Positions 30,041 through 39,716 of a stretch of 64,000 nucleotides of DNA are shown here, in pieces (within the stretch, counting starts at the first letter, position 1; each line of letters starts with the position of its first letter). Below the pieces are notes generated by a model. That model saw only the letters and a program-made list of their open reading frames with translations, searched no databases and had not been told where the DNA came from. The translations under genes were made by a program, and so were the position numbers. The stretch comes from Candidatus Omnitrophota bacterium (GTDB lineage: Bacteria; Omnitrophota; Gorgyraeia; Duberdicusellales; 4484-171): the NCBI GenBank assembly GCA_037146775.1, contig JBAWWL010000002.1, forward strand, positions 21,935 through 85,934, given 5' to 3'.

Positions 30041-30403
30041 ATGAAGAATCTTTTCTTAGTATTGGTATTGTTGGGATTGAGTATATCGCCGGTTTTTTCT
30101 GCCAAAGAAAAAACAGTAGTCGAAGATCCTTTTGAGCCATCATTACCGAAACAGGAAAAACCTGGGGATCTGAAGCCGGTCAAAGGTGCGGCTACCGCTC
30201 CCAACATAGCGATACAGGGCGTATTATGGAATTCGGACGTGCCGCAGGTTATTATTGACGGAGACGTCTATAAAGCCGGAGATAAACTTAAAACGGTAGA
30301 TGCAAAAATATATAAAATTGATAAGAACCGGGTCTTTATATTTTATGAGGGCAGATTGTATGACATGGGAGTAGCTAAAAAAACGAAAAGGGGGGCGCAA
30401 TGA
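30041..30403 (+). CDS. pilP: Type IV pilus assembly lipoprotein PilP
   Basis: Signal peptide, EDPFEP (PilP DPF motif), 120 aa, overlaps the pilQ start. Confidence 0.6.
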   Translation: MKNLFLVLVLLGLSISPVFSAKEKTVVEDPFEPSLPKQEKPGDLKPVKGAATAPNIAIQGVLWNSDVPQVIIDGDVYKAGDKLKTVDAKIYKIDKNRVFIFYEGRLYDMGVAKKTKRGAQ

Positions 30404-31944
30404 AAAGATTTCTTTTAATAACTTTTTTGCTTATAATGCCATTAAGTTTAAGCTTTTCCCAGGATAGTATTTACGGCGATTACCTTCTCTCCAGCGCGCA
30501 AAAAATTGTTTCTTTGGATCTGGAAGGCGCGAAGCTTGTAGATACTTTAAAACTGCTCAGTCAGCAAACCGGCATGAATTTTGTTTCCACGGAGGCCGTG
30601 AAAGAACGGACGCTGACCATGTATTTGGATAAAGTGCCTCTTAAGGAAGCGCTGGATATTATTTTCAAGGCGAATAATCTTACCTATGAGTATTATCCGG
30701 AAGGCAACATGTTTGTGGTCAAAGAAATGGGCAAGCCGACCATTGAGCTGAAAAGTAAAGTATACCGCCTCCAGTATGTGAGAATAAAGCCCACAAGAAT
30801 GCAGAAAGAAATAACTCAGGTATTTGAGAATCAAAACCAGGGTAGTGGTGGATCCGGCGGCCAGCAGGGTAGCTCCGGCGGCTCAAGCTCATCAGGCGGC
30901 GGCGAAGACTTAAAAGAGCAAGGTATTAAAAATGCCGTCAAGAAGCTGTTAACTGAATACGGAAAAATAGGCGAAGATCCGATCACGAACTCTTTAATCG
31001 TCGTTGACGTTCCTTCGCAGTTTCCGATTATCGACGAGGTGATAGCCAGCTTGGATATGCCTTCCCCTAGGGTGATGATCGAGGTGGAAATGCTCGATGT
31101 CTCCAAAGGGCTTATTGACCAAATGGGTTTTAAGTGGGGAAACGGCGATAATCAGGGGCTTTTTGTCAGCTATACCGGGCCTAAAAGGACTAGCGGGTTT
31201 CCTTTTGCGGAAAGTATGATAAAGGGTAAACTGGCGGATACTAATTATAATATGGATGGGTACAGTAAATCAATGAGTATGGGCACGCTTGATTTGAGTA
31301 ACTTCGGAGCGGTCATGCAATTCTTTATCAAGGATTCTTCGACCAAGGTAATTGCCCGGCCTAAGATTCTTACGCTTTCCAATGAAACTGCGGAAGTTAA
31401 TATTACCACAGATGAGGCTATTGGTGTCACGAGTACAACCGCTGGGCAGACGGGAGCGGTATCTCAGAACATAGAAAGAGCAGAGACAGGAACGAAGCTA
31501 CGGGTTACCCCCCAGATTAATGAGGGTACTGGTGAAGTTACCTTGTTCGTAGAAGTATTTACCACGGAGGCGATTGACAGTGAATTAAGTTTAAGTGGTG
31601 CGGGTATTTCGGGTAAAGTTAGAAATCCGGAAGAAAGAGGAACCCGGACCGTATTGCGCGTTAAAGATGGAGAGACTTTTCTTATTGGCGGGCTGATCAA
31701 GAAGAAAAATGCCAATGCAATGAGCAAGGTACCGTTTTTGGGAGATATTCCTTTGATGGGAAAACTGTTCCGATACAAAGATAATACAAGCAGTGATAGA
31801 GAATTGTTGGTATTTTTAACCCCGCGCATTATGAATGACAAGCCGTCATCGTTTGCCTCGGGCGGGCAGCTCTTACCTCGCGAACAGGATTTTTCTAAGC
31901 GGGAAACCGTTAACGTCGCTTTAGATCAGTTTTCGAGATATTAA
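30400..31944 (+). CDS. pilQ: Type IV pilus / type II secretion secretin (PilQ/GspD family)
   Basis: Signal peptide, N-domains, Gly/Ser-rich linker, C-terminal secretin motif (VPFLGDIPLMGKLFRYKD...LVFLTPRI). Confidence 0.85.
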   Translation: MKRFLLITFLLIMPLSLSFSQDSIYGDYLLSSAQKIVSLDLEGAKLVDTLKLLSQQTGMNFVSTEAVKERTLTMYLDKVPLKEALDIIFKANNLTYEYYPEGNMFVVKEMGKPTIELKSKVYRLQYVRIKPTRMQKEITQVFENQNQGSGGSGGQQGSSGGSSSSGGGEDLKEQGIKNAVKKLLTEYGKIGEDPITNSLIVVDVPSQFPIIDEVIASLDMPSPRVMIEVEMLDVSKGLIDQMGFKWGNGDNQGLFVSYTGPKRTSGFPFAESMIKGKLADTNYNMDGYSKSMSMGTLDLSNFGAVMQFFIKDSSTKVIARPKILTLSNETAEVNITTDEAIGVTSTTAGQTGAVSQNIERAETGTKLRVTPQINEGTGEVTLFVEVFTTEAIDSELSLSGAGISGKVRNPEERGTRTVLRVKDGETFLIGGLIKKKNANAMSKVPFLGDIPLMGKLFRYKDNTSSDRELLVFLTPRIMNDKPSSFASGGQLLPREQDFSKRETVNVALDQFSRY

Positions 31945-32149
31945 TCGTATTATCGATTTCATTGAACCGTTCCGATTGTTTTTTGACGCAAGGTTATCAT
32001 ATGTTTGTTGCGTAGGCGGCGTAACCATAAAACGTAACCCCGGCATGATCTCCCTATATAGTTGGCAATCAGGTTTGTAGTGTGTCGGGAGAGCTATGGT
32101 TGCAGGAATAAGTTAGAGGTGTTGACGATTAAAGAATAAGCAACATATT

Positions 32150-33856
32150 ATGCCTCGATATAAAAGATTAGGCGATATTTTAATCTCCGAAGGCGTTATT
32201 ACCAAAGAGCAGGTTGAAGAGGCTATTGTATTGCAGCAGAAAGAAGGTGGTAAGCTGGGAGAGTCTTTGCTCAAGCTCGGTTACGTGAGCGAAGAACAGA
32301 TAGTAATTGCCTTAAGTAAACAGCTATCCATTCCATATATTTCTTTAGCTTCAGGAAAACTAAAACCAGCTCCCGACCAGAATCTGGAAGATCTGGTTCC
32401 GTATGACTTCGCTATCAAGAATTTATTGTTGCCGCTTTCACGCAGCCTTAATTCTTTGACCGCCGTAATGTTTGATCCTCTAGATTTAATTCTCATCGAT
32501 AATATCAAGAAAATCACCGGCTGCGAAGTAAACATTGTTATTTCGACACGAACAGATATTTTGAAAGCTATTGAGATGTTTTACGGAAAAGACACGGTAT
32601 TGCGCGGTATGATGCAGTCTGCCGGCGAAGGTGAAACGGGGATCAAAGAGCTTTTTTCCGAAGAGACTGATTTAAGCCTCGATAAAGTTATCGCCCAGGC
32701 CGAGGAAGCGCCGGTTGTAAAATTAGTCGATCTCATTATCCGGCAGGCGATAGAAGACGGTGCCTCCGATATACACATAGAACCCCGGTATGATAAGTTA
32801 AGCTTGCGTTACCGTATCGACGGAACGCTTTACGAAATGCCTTCACCGTCCACATCTCTTTATTTGCCTATTATATCGAGAATAAAAATACTTTCTAAAA
32901 TGGATATTGCCGAGAAGCGCCTTCCCCAGGACGGCGGATTCATGGTTAAATCGACAGAAAGGCTTATTGACCTGCGTGTTTCTACTCTTCCTACCATTTA
33001 TGGAGAAAAAGTTGTTTTGCGTATTCTTGATAAATCCCGCATACCGCTTGATTTAACAAAACTTGGGTTTTTTCCCTCGGAATTAGAGAGAATACGTAAA
33101 GGTATCGCCTCCTCCTACGGCCTTATCTTACTTACCGGGCCTACCGGCAGCGGTAAGTCAACCACGCTCTATGCCGCTTTGACTGAGCTCAACTCTCCTA
33201 CTTTGAATATACTCACCGTTGAGGACCCGGTGGAATACCGTCTCGACGGTATTAATCAGGTTCAGGTGAAAGGAGAAATTGGCCTTACCTTCGCAAACGC
33301 CCTGCGTTGCTTTTTACGGCAGGACCCGGATATCATTTTGGTAGGCGAGGTAAGAGATTTGGAAACAGCGGAAATATGTATACGTTCGGCGTTAACCGGG
33401 CATTTGGTGCTTTCGACACTGCATACAAATGATGCGTGTTCGACGATTACGCGGTTGGTGGATTTAGGAATTCCTAACTATCTCGTCGCAAGTTCCACCC
33501 GATTGATCGTTACGCAGCGATTAGTGAGAAAACTGTGTCCTCATTGCAAAGAATCATATGAGGCTAAAAAAGAAGAGATTCCGTCCGCAGTCGTCATCTC
33601 TTCACCAATCCTTTATAAGGCGAAAGGATGCGAAAAGTGCAATTTTATCGGTTATAAAGGCAGAACGCTTATCAGCGAAGTGCTGCTTATTGACGAAGAG
33701 GTTAGAGAAGCTATCTATAAAGGCGGTAATGCCGTGAAAATCATGGAGATTGCCAGAAGGAAAGGGTCTTTCAATCTTTTAGAGAGCGGAATAAAAAGAA
33801 TTGAAGAAGGAATTACTTCACTAGAGGAAGTTCTTTCTGCGGCAACGGTATATTAG
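32150..33856 (+). CDS. pilB: Type IV pilus assembly ATPase PilB / GspE family
   Basis: N-terminal GSPII_E domain (RLGDILISEGVITKEQVEEAI), Walker A GPTGSGKSTT, tetracysteine motif CPHC...CEKC. Confidence 0.88.
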   Translation: MPRYKRLGDILISEGVITKEQVEEAIVLQQKEGGKLGESLLKLGYVSEEQIVIALSKQLSIPYISLASGKLKPAPDQNLEDLVPYDFAIKNLLLPLSRSLNSLTAVMFDPLDLILIDNIKKITGCEVNIVISTRTDILKAIEMFYGKDTVLRGMMQSAGEGETGIKELFSEETDLSLDKVIAQAEEAPVVKLVDLIIRQAIEDGASDIHIEPRYDKLSLRYRIDGTLYEMPSPSTSLYLPIISRIKILSKMDIAEKRLPQDGGFMVKSTERLIDLRVSTLPTIYGEKVVLRILDKSRIPLDLTKLGFFPSELERIRKGIASSYGLILLTGPTGSGKSTTLYAALTELNSPTLNILTVEDPVEYRLDGINQVQVKGEIGLTFANALRCFLRQDPDIILVGEVRDLETAEICIRSALTGHLVLSTLHTNDACSTITRLVDLGIPNYLVASSTRLIVTQRLVRKLCPHCKESYEAKKEEIPSAVVISSPILYKAKGCEKCNFIGYKGRTLISEVLLIDEEVREAIYKGGNAVKIMEIARRKGSFNLLESGIKRIEEGITSLEEVLSAATVY

Positions 33857-33932
33857 AAACAAGCAGCGGAATTTTGTTCGGGGGCGTTGGATTATTGCGT
33901 TGATTATAATACGAAAGTGCGTATAAAACGAT

Positions 33933-35171
33933 ATGCCGAAATATAATTATATCGCGAAAACAAAAGATGCCAAGACCATACGGGATGTGGAGACAGCGAT
34001 GTCGAAGGAAGAGATTATTTCCCGTTTGCGCGTCCGTGGCCTTTTCATTGTTTCCATTACTGAAGTTCGCGAGCAGCAAGAAGCATCCTTCCTGACGTTT
34101 TTTTCCAGCCGGAGGAAAGGGAAACGAAATTCCGTAAAACTATATGATTTAGCGTTTCTTGCTCGTAATCTTGCCACCACGCTTTCCAGCGGCGTAACCC
34201 TTCTGCATAGCCTCGAAGTTATTTCGGCTGAGACAGAAAGTGCACGTTTGAGCAAAGTGCTGAAAGAATGCGCCGACCATATCAAATCAGGCTTATCGTT
34301 TCGGGAAGCTATCGCAAAATACCCGGCATTTTTCTCGCCCTTGTGGAGAGCGGTTATTGAGGTTGGAGAATCTTCGGGTAATCTTCCCTTTGTGCTGGAT
34401 AAATTAGCCGACCATTTGGACATGAGAATGGACTTTGAACGAAGAATAAAAAGTGCACTTATTTACCCCGTTATCTTGATGATGGCTGCGTTGATTGCTG
34501 TCTTTATCTTCTTCAAATTCATTTTACCTAACTTTGCAACGATATTTAAAGATTTTGATATCAAGCTGCCCGCGCCAACGCAATTTCTTTTCGCGGTAAG
34601 CGAGTTCGTTAATAACAATTTTCTGTTAGTTGTGGGAGTTGCGGCGCTTTGTATCGTTGGTATGTATCTTTTTATTACGCGGCCGGAAACAAAAGAGGTC
34701 CGCGACCGTATCAGTTTTAAATTACCGCTTGTAGGGGAGATGTTTTTCCTTTTCTCGTTAGACCGTTTCACCTCTACTATGCATATTCTCCTGGAGAGCG
34801 GCCTTCCTTTGGTATACGCGCTGGAAATTTCCGCCAGAGGCATTGGAAACTCACAACTTGAAAAAAATGTGTTGTTTGTAAAGGATAGGGTTAAGGATGG
34901 AGCTGCGTTATCGCGGGAATTCAATAAACTCAATCTCTTTCCGGCCTTAATTTCTGAAATGGCAAAAATTGGTGAAGAAACAGGTAGTATGCCGGAGATT
35001 TTTAAAAAAATTTCCGCTCATTATAGTAAAGAATTATCCACGCGCATCGAGCGCCTAGTGGTTGCTTTTGAACCGATAATGATTCTGGTGATCGGAGTTG
35101 TCATTGGTGGTATTGTTATTTCTTTGTTTCTCCCGCTCTTTAAGATCTCTACTTTGGGAACAGGGGGGTGA
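33933..35171 (+). CDS. pilC: Type IV pilus inner-membrane platform protein PilC / GspF family
   Basis: Two GspF repeats, multiple TM helices, 412 aa. Confidence 0.85.
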   Translation: MPKYNYIAKTKDAKTIRDVETAMSKEEIISRLRVRGLFIVSITEVREQQEASFLTFFSSRRKGKRNSVKLYDLAFLARNLATTLSSGVTLLHSLEVISAETESARLSKVLKECADHIKSGLSFREAIAKYPAFFSPLWRAVIEVGESSGNLPFVLDKLADHLDMRMDFERRIKSALIYPVILMMAALIAVFIFFKFILPNFATIFKDFDIKLPAPTQFLFAVSEFVNNNFLLVVGVAALCIVGMYLFITRPETKEVRDRISFKLPLVGEMFFLFSLDRFTSTMHILLESGLPLVYALEISARGIGNSQLEKNVLFVKDRVKDGAALSREFNKLNLFPALISEMAKIGEETGSMPEIFKKISAHYSKELSTRIERLVVAFEPIMILVIGVVIGGIVISLFLPLFKISTLGTGG

Positions 35172-35180
35172 TGAAAAAAT

Positions 35181-35210
35181 TTGACAGAGTGCCTAAAAAT
35201 ATGGTATAAA
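35181..35210 (+). promoter_or_regulatory. Sigma70-like promoter TTGACA-18-TGgTATAAA upstream of the major pilin gene
   Basis: Consensus -35, extended -10 TGGTATAAA, then AGGAGG RBS before the pilin ATG. Confidence 0.55.
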
Positions 35211-35263
35211 TATGTAAGTTGGGTGTTTTTATGGTTCGTAACCGAAAAAGGAGGTGCAGTGTT

Positions 35264-35710
35264 ATGAGAAAGGGTTTTACACTTATGGAATTGATCGTGG
35301 TGGTTATCATTATAGGCATACTTGCCATGATCGGTTTACCGCAGTTTTTCAAAGTTGCCGAAAGAGGAAGAGCAGCAGAAGCCTTTACTGCTCTAGGTGC
35401 TTTAAGGAATGCGCAGTTACGTTATGCTGCTGAAAATTCCGAAGGCAAAACCTTGTCAGGTACTGATTTTACGCAATTAGACGTACAGTTGCCGGCAACC
35501 GGAAAATTTTTCACATATGAATTGTTTGAGACAATTCCGGCTACCCCAGGCAATGCAGGCGAAGTTATTGTGCAGTCAACCCGCAGTTCCGACACTGGTT
35601 TTGGTGCCTATGTGCTTTCTATCGCGGTTGATGGAACTATAGGGTGTTCCGGCGATAACAACGGTATGTGTGATATATTAACGCGTTCGGTGAAAACCAC
35701 AACACCATAA
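35264..35710 (+). CDS. pilA: Type IV major pilin (prepilin-type N-terminal cleavage/methylation domain)
   Basis: MRKG|FTLMELIVVVIIIGILA class III signal with G-1/E+5; C-terminal Cys pair (CSGDNNGMC); own promoter and strong RBS. Confidence 0.8.
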   Translation: MRKGFTLMELIVVVIIIGILAMIGLPQFFKVAERGRAAEAFTALGALRNAQLRYAAENSEGKTLSGTDFTQLDVQLPATGKFFTYELFETIPATPGNAGEVIVQSTRSSDTGFGAYVLSIAVDGTIGCSGDNNGMCDILTRSVKTTTP

Positions 35711-35730
35711 CCGAAAATTCTGATATTTAC

Positions 35731-35777
35731 TTGATCAGCCCGCTGTGCGTTTTGTAAAAAAGCTTGGCGGGCTGATC
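35731..35777 (+). terminator. Large inverted repeat immediately downstream of the pilin gene (possible attenuator/terminator)
   Basis: 12-bp perfect arms TGATCAGCCCGC / GCGGGCTGATCA around a 23-nt loop, followed by GGTTTTA. Confidence 0.4.
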
Positions 35778-35834
35778 AAGGTTTTACACTCCTCCCAAGT
35801 AAAAACGGGCCTTATTAACTGCTAAAAAACCATT

Positions 35835-36257
35835 ATGATGAAATATAAACAACAAAATGCAATGACTTTAATGGAAATCCTGATAGTGCTTATAATTGCC
35901 AGCATTCTTTCGACGGTAGGCGTTATAAGCTACCGGCGTAGTTTGGTGAATGCGTGGGAACGAGATGCTCGAGCGATGTTGAAATTAATAAAGAATGCGG
36001 AAGCGGTTTACATGTCCGAAATGAATACGTATATTGGCTGTAATGATAATGATGAATGCAGCGCTGATTTACGTTTACATTTACCTGCGGCCGGAGGGAT
36101 ATGGTCTTATTCGGTTAACTTGCGTGGTACCGAAAGTTTTTGTGCGCAGGCAATCCCTGCGGATGCATATGCTGACCTGCACACTATGTCTATTGTTGGC
36201 CACCGCTCTGACCCGGGCCAGGATATGGAAGAGCCAGTACATGCTGGTTGCAACTAA
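35835..36257 (+). CDS. Minor pilin / pseudopilin (prepilin-type N-terminal domain)
   Basis: QNA|MTLMEILIVLIIASIL class III signal with Ala at -1 and E+5. Confidence 0.65.
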   Translation: MMKYKQQNAMTLMEILIVLIIASILSTVGVISYRRSLVNAWERDARAMLKLIKNAEAVYMSEMNTYIGCNDNDECSADLRLHLPAAGGIWSYSVNLRGTESFCAQAIPADAYADLHTMSIVGHRSDPGQDMEEPVHAGCN

Positions 36258-36263
36258 AAATTT

Positions 36264-36638
36264 ATGCGGATGAAAACCAAGGCGTTTAGCTTGATGGAGG
36301 TTTTAGTCGGCTCCATTATTCTGGTGGCTGCTTTTGGTGGGATATCCGCTACTTTTATCAGCGCAAAACGTTATGTCGGCCGTGCGAATAGGCGGCTTGT
36401 CGCAACTAATTTAGTAAGAGACGTATTGAGTAATTTACATATTTCTGTTCGCGCAGATACGTGGGATACCGGTGATTTACGGATACACGAAGGTCCTGTT
36501 CCTTCCGTGAGCAATGTTCAGCTCGATAATTTTAATTACAATAACAACACATATGATGTTACGACGGCAGATTGTAGCGGTTCAACCTGTGATTACCGCC
36601 AAGTAAATGTTCAGATCAATTACCAGACCAATCCTTAA
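36264..36638 (+). CDS. Minor pilin / pseudopilin
   Basis: TKA|FSLMEVLVGSIIL class III-like signal with E+5. Confidence 0.6.
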   Translation: MRMKTKAFSLMEVLVGSIILVAAFGGISATFISAKRYVGRANRRLVATNLVRDVLSNLHISVRADTWDTGDLRIHEGPVPSVSNVQLDNFNYNNNTYDVTTADCSGSTCDYRQVNVQINYQTNP

Positions 36639-36649
36639 ATTTAAGTAGC

Positions 36650-37252
36650 ATGATGCGTAAAAAATCCCTTTCTTTAACGGAGTTGGCACTTGCAATAGCG
36701 CTTTTAGGGACTGTTATCCTCGGTGCTACTGCTTTTGATGTTGGCAGCCGGCATTTTTTGCAGTCCACCGAGAGAAAAGCCCAAGTAGTTAATGAGGCAA
36801 CTCTTATTCTTGATCATATTACAAAAAACGCGGTGCTTGGTATAGGTGATTTTGAACGCGCTGCTATGTGGCAGGGGCCCGTCGGTGGAGTAACTGGACT
36901 TTTAATTAAACAAGATGCCAATGGCAACGGACTTTATGATGGAAGCGATGATCCCGATCCTCCCACCAACGGCGATAGGGTGGTGGCATACAATCAAGAA
37001 GGCAGCAATATATATTTTTATCCGAATTATGGCGCTCAGCCGGGTTCTCGCGAAATTTTAAGCCGCAGAGGAGTTGCGGGAGGTTTCCAAGTCCTTAATG
37101 CAACTCAAAATCGTATCGGTATCCAAACTGATAACAGAGTTGGCCTTAGAATAGCTTTACGTTCTAATCCCGCCGGAGGCACCGAACCTTTTACTAATCC
37201 TCAGGTAACCATCCAAACTACTATTGAAGCCCCGGGATGGTCTTTGCAGTAA
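36650..37252 (+). CDS. Minor pilin / pseudopilin-like protein
   Basis: KKS|LSLTELALAIALLG class III-like signal with E+5; 200 aa. Confidence 0.5.
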   Translation: MMRKKSLSLTELALAIALLGTVILGATAFDVGSRHFLQSTERKAQVVNEATLILDHITKNAVLGIGDFERAAMWQGPVGGVTGLLIKQDANGNGLYDGSDDPDPPTNGDRVVAYNQEGSNIYFYPNYGAQPGSREILSRRGVAGGFQVLNATQNRIGIQTDNRVGLRIALRSNPAGGTEPFTNPQVTIQTTIEAPGWSLQ

Positions 37253-37532
37253 TCAATCTAATTTAAATTTTTATCTGTTTTTTGTGCAAGTTCTTCGAGG
37301 TGTCCCGTTCGAAGAATTCATGTCTGCATTTCTTGAGGGCGCAGAGGTGCATTGTAGCTGTAATCCTGTCTATCCAGGAAGTCTTGCTATAACCGTGGCA
37401 ATAGCGGTTATTCCGATACAGCTTTCTGTGGTGCAATCCCGGTAAAGATTATTTCCAGAGAAAAGATAGTTTATGTTTTGTTAATTGTATGAAACTGTTT
37501 TTCTGGTATAATTTCTACAAAGGATAAAAAAT

Positions 37533-38216
37533 ATGTATCGAATACTTATAAGCGCCGGCATTATACTCCAAGTTTGTTTATTGGCTGTGGCTGCTCCTTG
37601 TTATGGCACAAAAATGCCGCAGAAAAAAGAATTTTTTGGTGGACTTCAGAATCACATTGTTTTTAAACGATATCTTAAGGATAATTACGGAAAACTGCGC
37701 AGCCTGCAAAATTTTTATTTGCTTTCTTACGGTGTGTGTGACTGGCTTTCTATCGACTTGAAAGGCGGCGCTGGTTATATCAAGCAGCATCCGATAGGAA
37801 GCTCTGAGATCGATTATTCAACTGGGTTTGCCGGCGGATACGGTTTTCGCCTGCGGCTTTATGAGCAGCGCAAAGTGAAAATGGTTTTTGGTTTCCAACA
37901 CATCAGCGTCCATCCCAAGCGTACGTATGTGTCGGGAGTAAAGAATAAAGCGGTGCTGGATGATTGGCAGGTTTCTCTTTTGGCTTCATATGATTTTAAA
38001 TGTGTTACTCCCTATATTGGAACGCGTTGGTCGCGGGTTGATTATATCCACTGGGTTGATGATAACAGGAAACGCGAGATGTCGGATTTGACGAAATCAA
38101 CCGGTCTTATCTTTGGAGCGGATATTCCTTTGTATAAAGATCGATTTTGGGTGAACATAGAAGGACAATTTCTTGATAGCGACGCTTTTGCCTGTAGTTT
38201 AAACTACAAATTTTAA
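37533..38216 (+). CDS. Outer-membrane beta-barrel-like protein (unknown function)
   Basis: Signal peptide, alternating aromatic/hydrophobic pattern, C-terminal ...YKF; upstream TTGTAT-16-TGgTATAAT promoter (37473-37503). Confidence 0.45.
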   Translation: MYRILISAGIILQVCLLAVAAPCYGTKMPQKKEFFGGLQNHIVFKRYLKDNYGKLRSLQNFYLLSYGVCDWLSIDLKGGAGYIKQHPIGSSEIDYSTGFAGGYGFRLRLYEQRKVKMVFGFQHISVHPKRTYVSGVKNKAVLDDWQVSLLASYDFKCVTPYIGTRWSRVDYIHWVDDNRKREMSDLTKSTGLIFGADIPLYKDRFWVNIEGQFLDSDAFACSLNYKF

Positions 38217-38246
38217 CTTACCTTATCCTACACTAATTACCCACTA

Positions 38247-39716
38247 GTGATTGTAAAAAACAAAATAGAAGAATTTCAAAGTTACCTAGAAGATACCTCT
38301 AATCTAAAAGGTACAGCTTCTATTCTGTATTTGCCCCAGGAGCAAGGAGAAATAGCCCCTCTCCTCCAACAGTGCGCGGAGAAACATATTCCTTTTACGG
38401 TTTCCGCGGGAAGAACCGGCACAGCCGGCGGTTGCGTGCCGACTGACGGTGCGGTTATTTCTTTGGAAAATTTAAAAAAAATTATCGATATTAACGTCAA
38501 AGATTGCACGGTGCACGTACAGTCCGGCGTTAGTTTTGAAGAGTTGGAAAAAGAAACAAGAAAATACGGCCTTACCTTACGCGCGTCTCCTACTGAAGGG
38601 TTGGCGCATATTGCGGGGGCAGTTTCTACCGCCGCCAGCGGCGTGCGTGGCTTTGGTTACGGTTCGATTCGCGGGTATGTGCAGGAAATTGAGCTGGTTT
38701 TAACGAGCGGATCAGTGTTATGTATTAAACGCGCGGATATATACGCTCGGGACGGGTATTTTGACTTTTTATATAAAGGAAAACATTTTACTTTTAAGCT
38801 CCCGGGTTATTCAATGCCTCGCGTTAAATCTCAGGCAGGCTATTTTGTAAATGATGCCATGGATTTGATTGATTTATTTATCGGTAGCGAAGGAACGCTA
38901 GGCATTATTACCTCCTGCCGTTTACGTCTCCAGAAGCTACCCGAGCGTATTTTTGACGGGCTGATATTTTTTGATAAGGAAGAAGAGGCATTTCAGTTTG
39001 TCAATCTTGTGAAGAAATTAAAGGATGAAAAGTTGCTTGTGCCGGCTTCACTTGAGTTCTTTGACCGACATGCTCTGTCCTTTTTGCGGCCGGACTATTC
39101 TTTCATTCCGCAATCCGAAGCGGCAATTTATTTTGAACAAGAAGTAGAGAGGGGAGAGGATTTTGATTCTTTACTCGATCGCTGGGCGGTTCTGATAGGA
39201 AAAAGCGGTGCATTGTCCGAAGCGAGTATTTTGGCGGATACCCCCTTAGAGCGCGCAAGGGTTTTTTCTTTTCGTCACCGCCTTCCACAGGCTATCAATG
39301 AATTTCTGCGTGCGCATAAACAGGTCAAGACCGCAACCGATATAGCTGTTCCCTGGGAGCATTTTTCCGAAATGTACTCTTTTTATAAAGAGAAAGGATT
39401 GGAGTCCGGCCTTGATTATGTGAATTTCGGCCACATCGGCGAGTCTCATTTACATTTTAACTTTCTTCCTAAGGACGATATTCAAGGTGTGAAAGCGCGG
39501 ACATATCTTCAGCTTTTTTGTAAAAAAGCTGTTTCGCTGGGAGGAACGGTTTCGGCAGAACACGGTATCGGTAAAATAAAAAAACCATATCTAAATATCA
39601 TGTATACCGACCACCAACTTATCGAAATGGCACGTGTTAAGAAATATTTTGATCCGTCTTGGCTGCTTGGTCTGGACACGATTTTTTCTAAAGATATTTT
39701 AGGAAAACAGCCCTAA
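38247..39716 (+). CDS. FAD-binding oxidoreductase (GlcD/FAD-linked oxidase family)
   Basis: GTG start; PCMH-type FAD-binding N-terminal domain (PFTVSAGRTGTAGG), C-terminal FAD-oxidase domain. Confidence 0.7.
   Translation: MIVKNKIEEFQSYLEDTSNLKGTASILYLPQEQGEIAPLLQQCAEKHIPFTVSAGRTGTAGGCVPTDGAVISLENLKKIIDINVKDCTVHVQSGVSFEELEKETRKYGLTLRASPTEGLAHIAGAVSTAASGVRGFGYGSIRGYVQEIELVLTSGSVLCIKRADIYARDGYFDFLYKGKHFTFKLPGYSMPRVKSQAGYFVNDAMDLIDLFIGSEGTLGIITSCRLRLQKLPERIFDGLIFFDKEEEAFQFVNLVKKLKDEKLLVPASLEFFDRHALSFLRPDYSFIPQSEAAIYFEQEVERGEDFDSLLDRWAVLIGKSGALSEASILADTPLERARVFSFRHRLPQAINEFLRAHKQVKTATDIAVPWEHFSEMYSFYKEKGLESGLDYVNFGHIGESHLHFNFLPKDDIQGVKARTYLQLFCKKAVSLGGTVSAEHGIGKIKKPYLNIMYTDHQLIEMARVKKYFDPSWLLGLDTIFSKDILGKQP

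Noticed and set aside
32120-32152. Leaderless transcription of pilB from TTGACG...ATATTA directly abutting the ATG
   Set aside because: The -10-like hexamer ends only 1-2 nt before the start codon. The spacing does not fit a transcription start at the ATG, so this is a chance AT-rich match.
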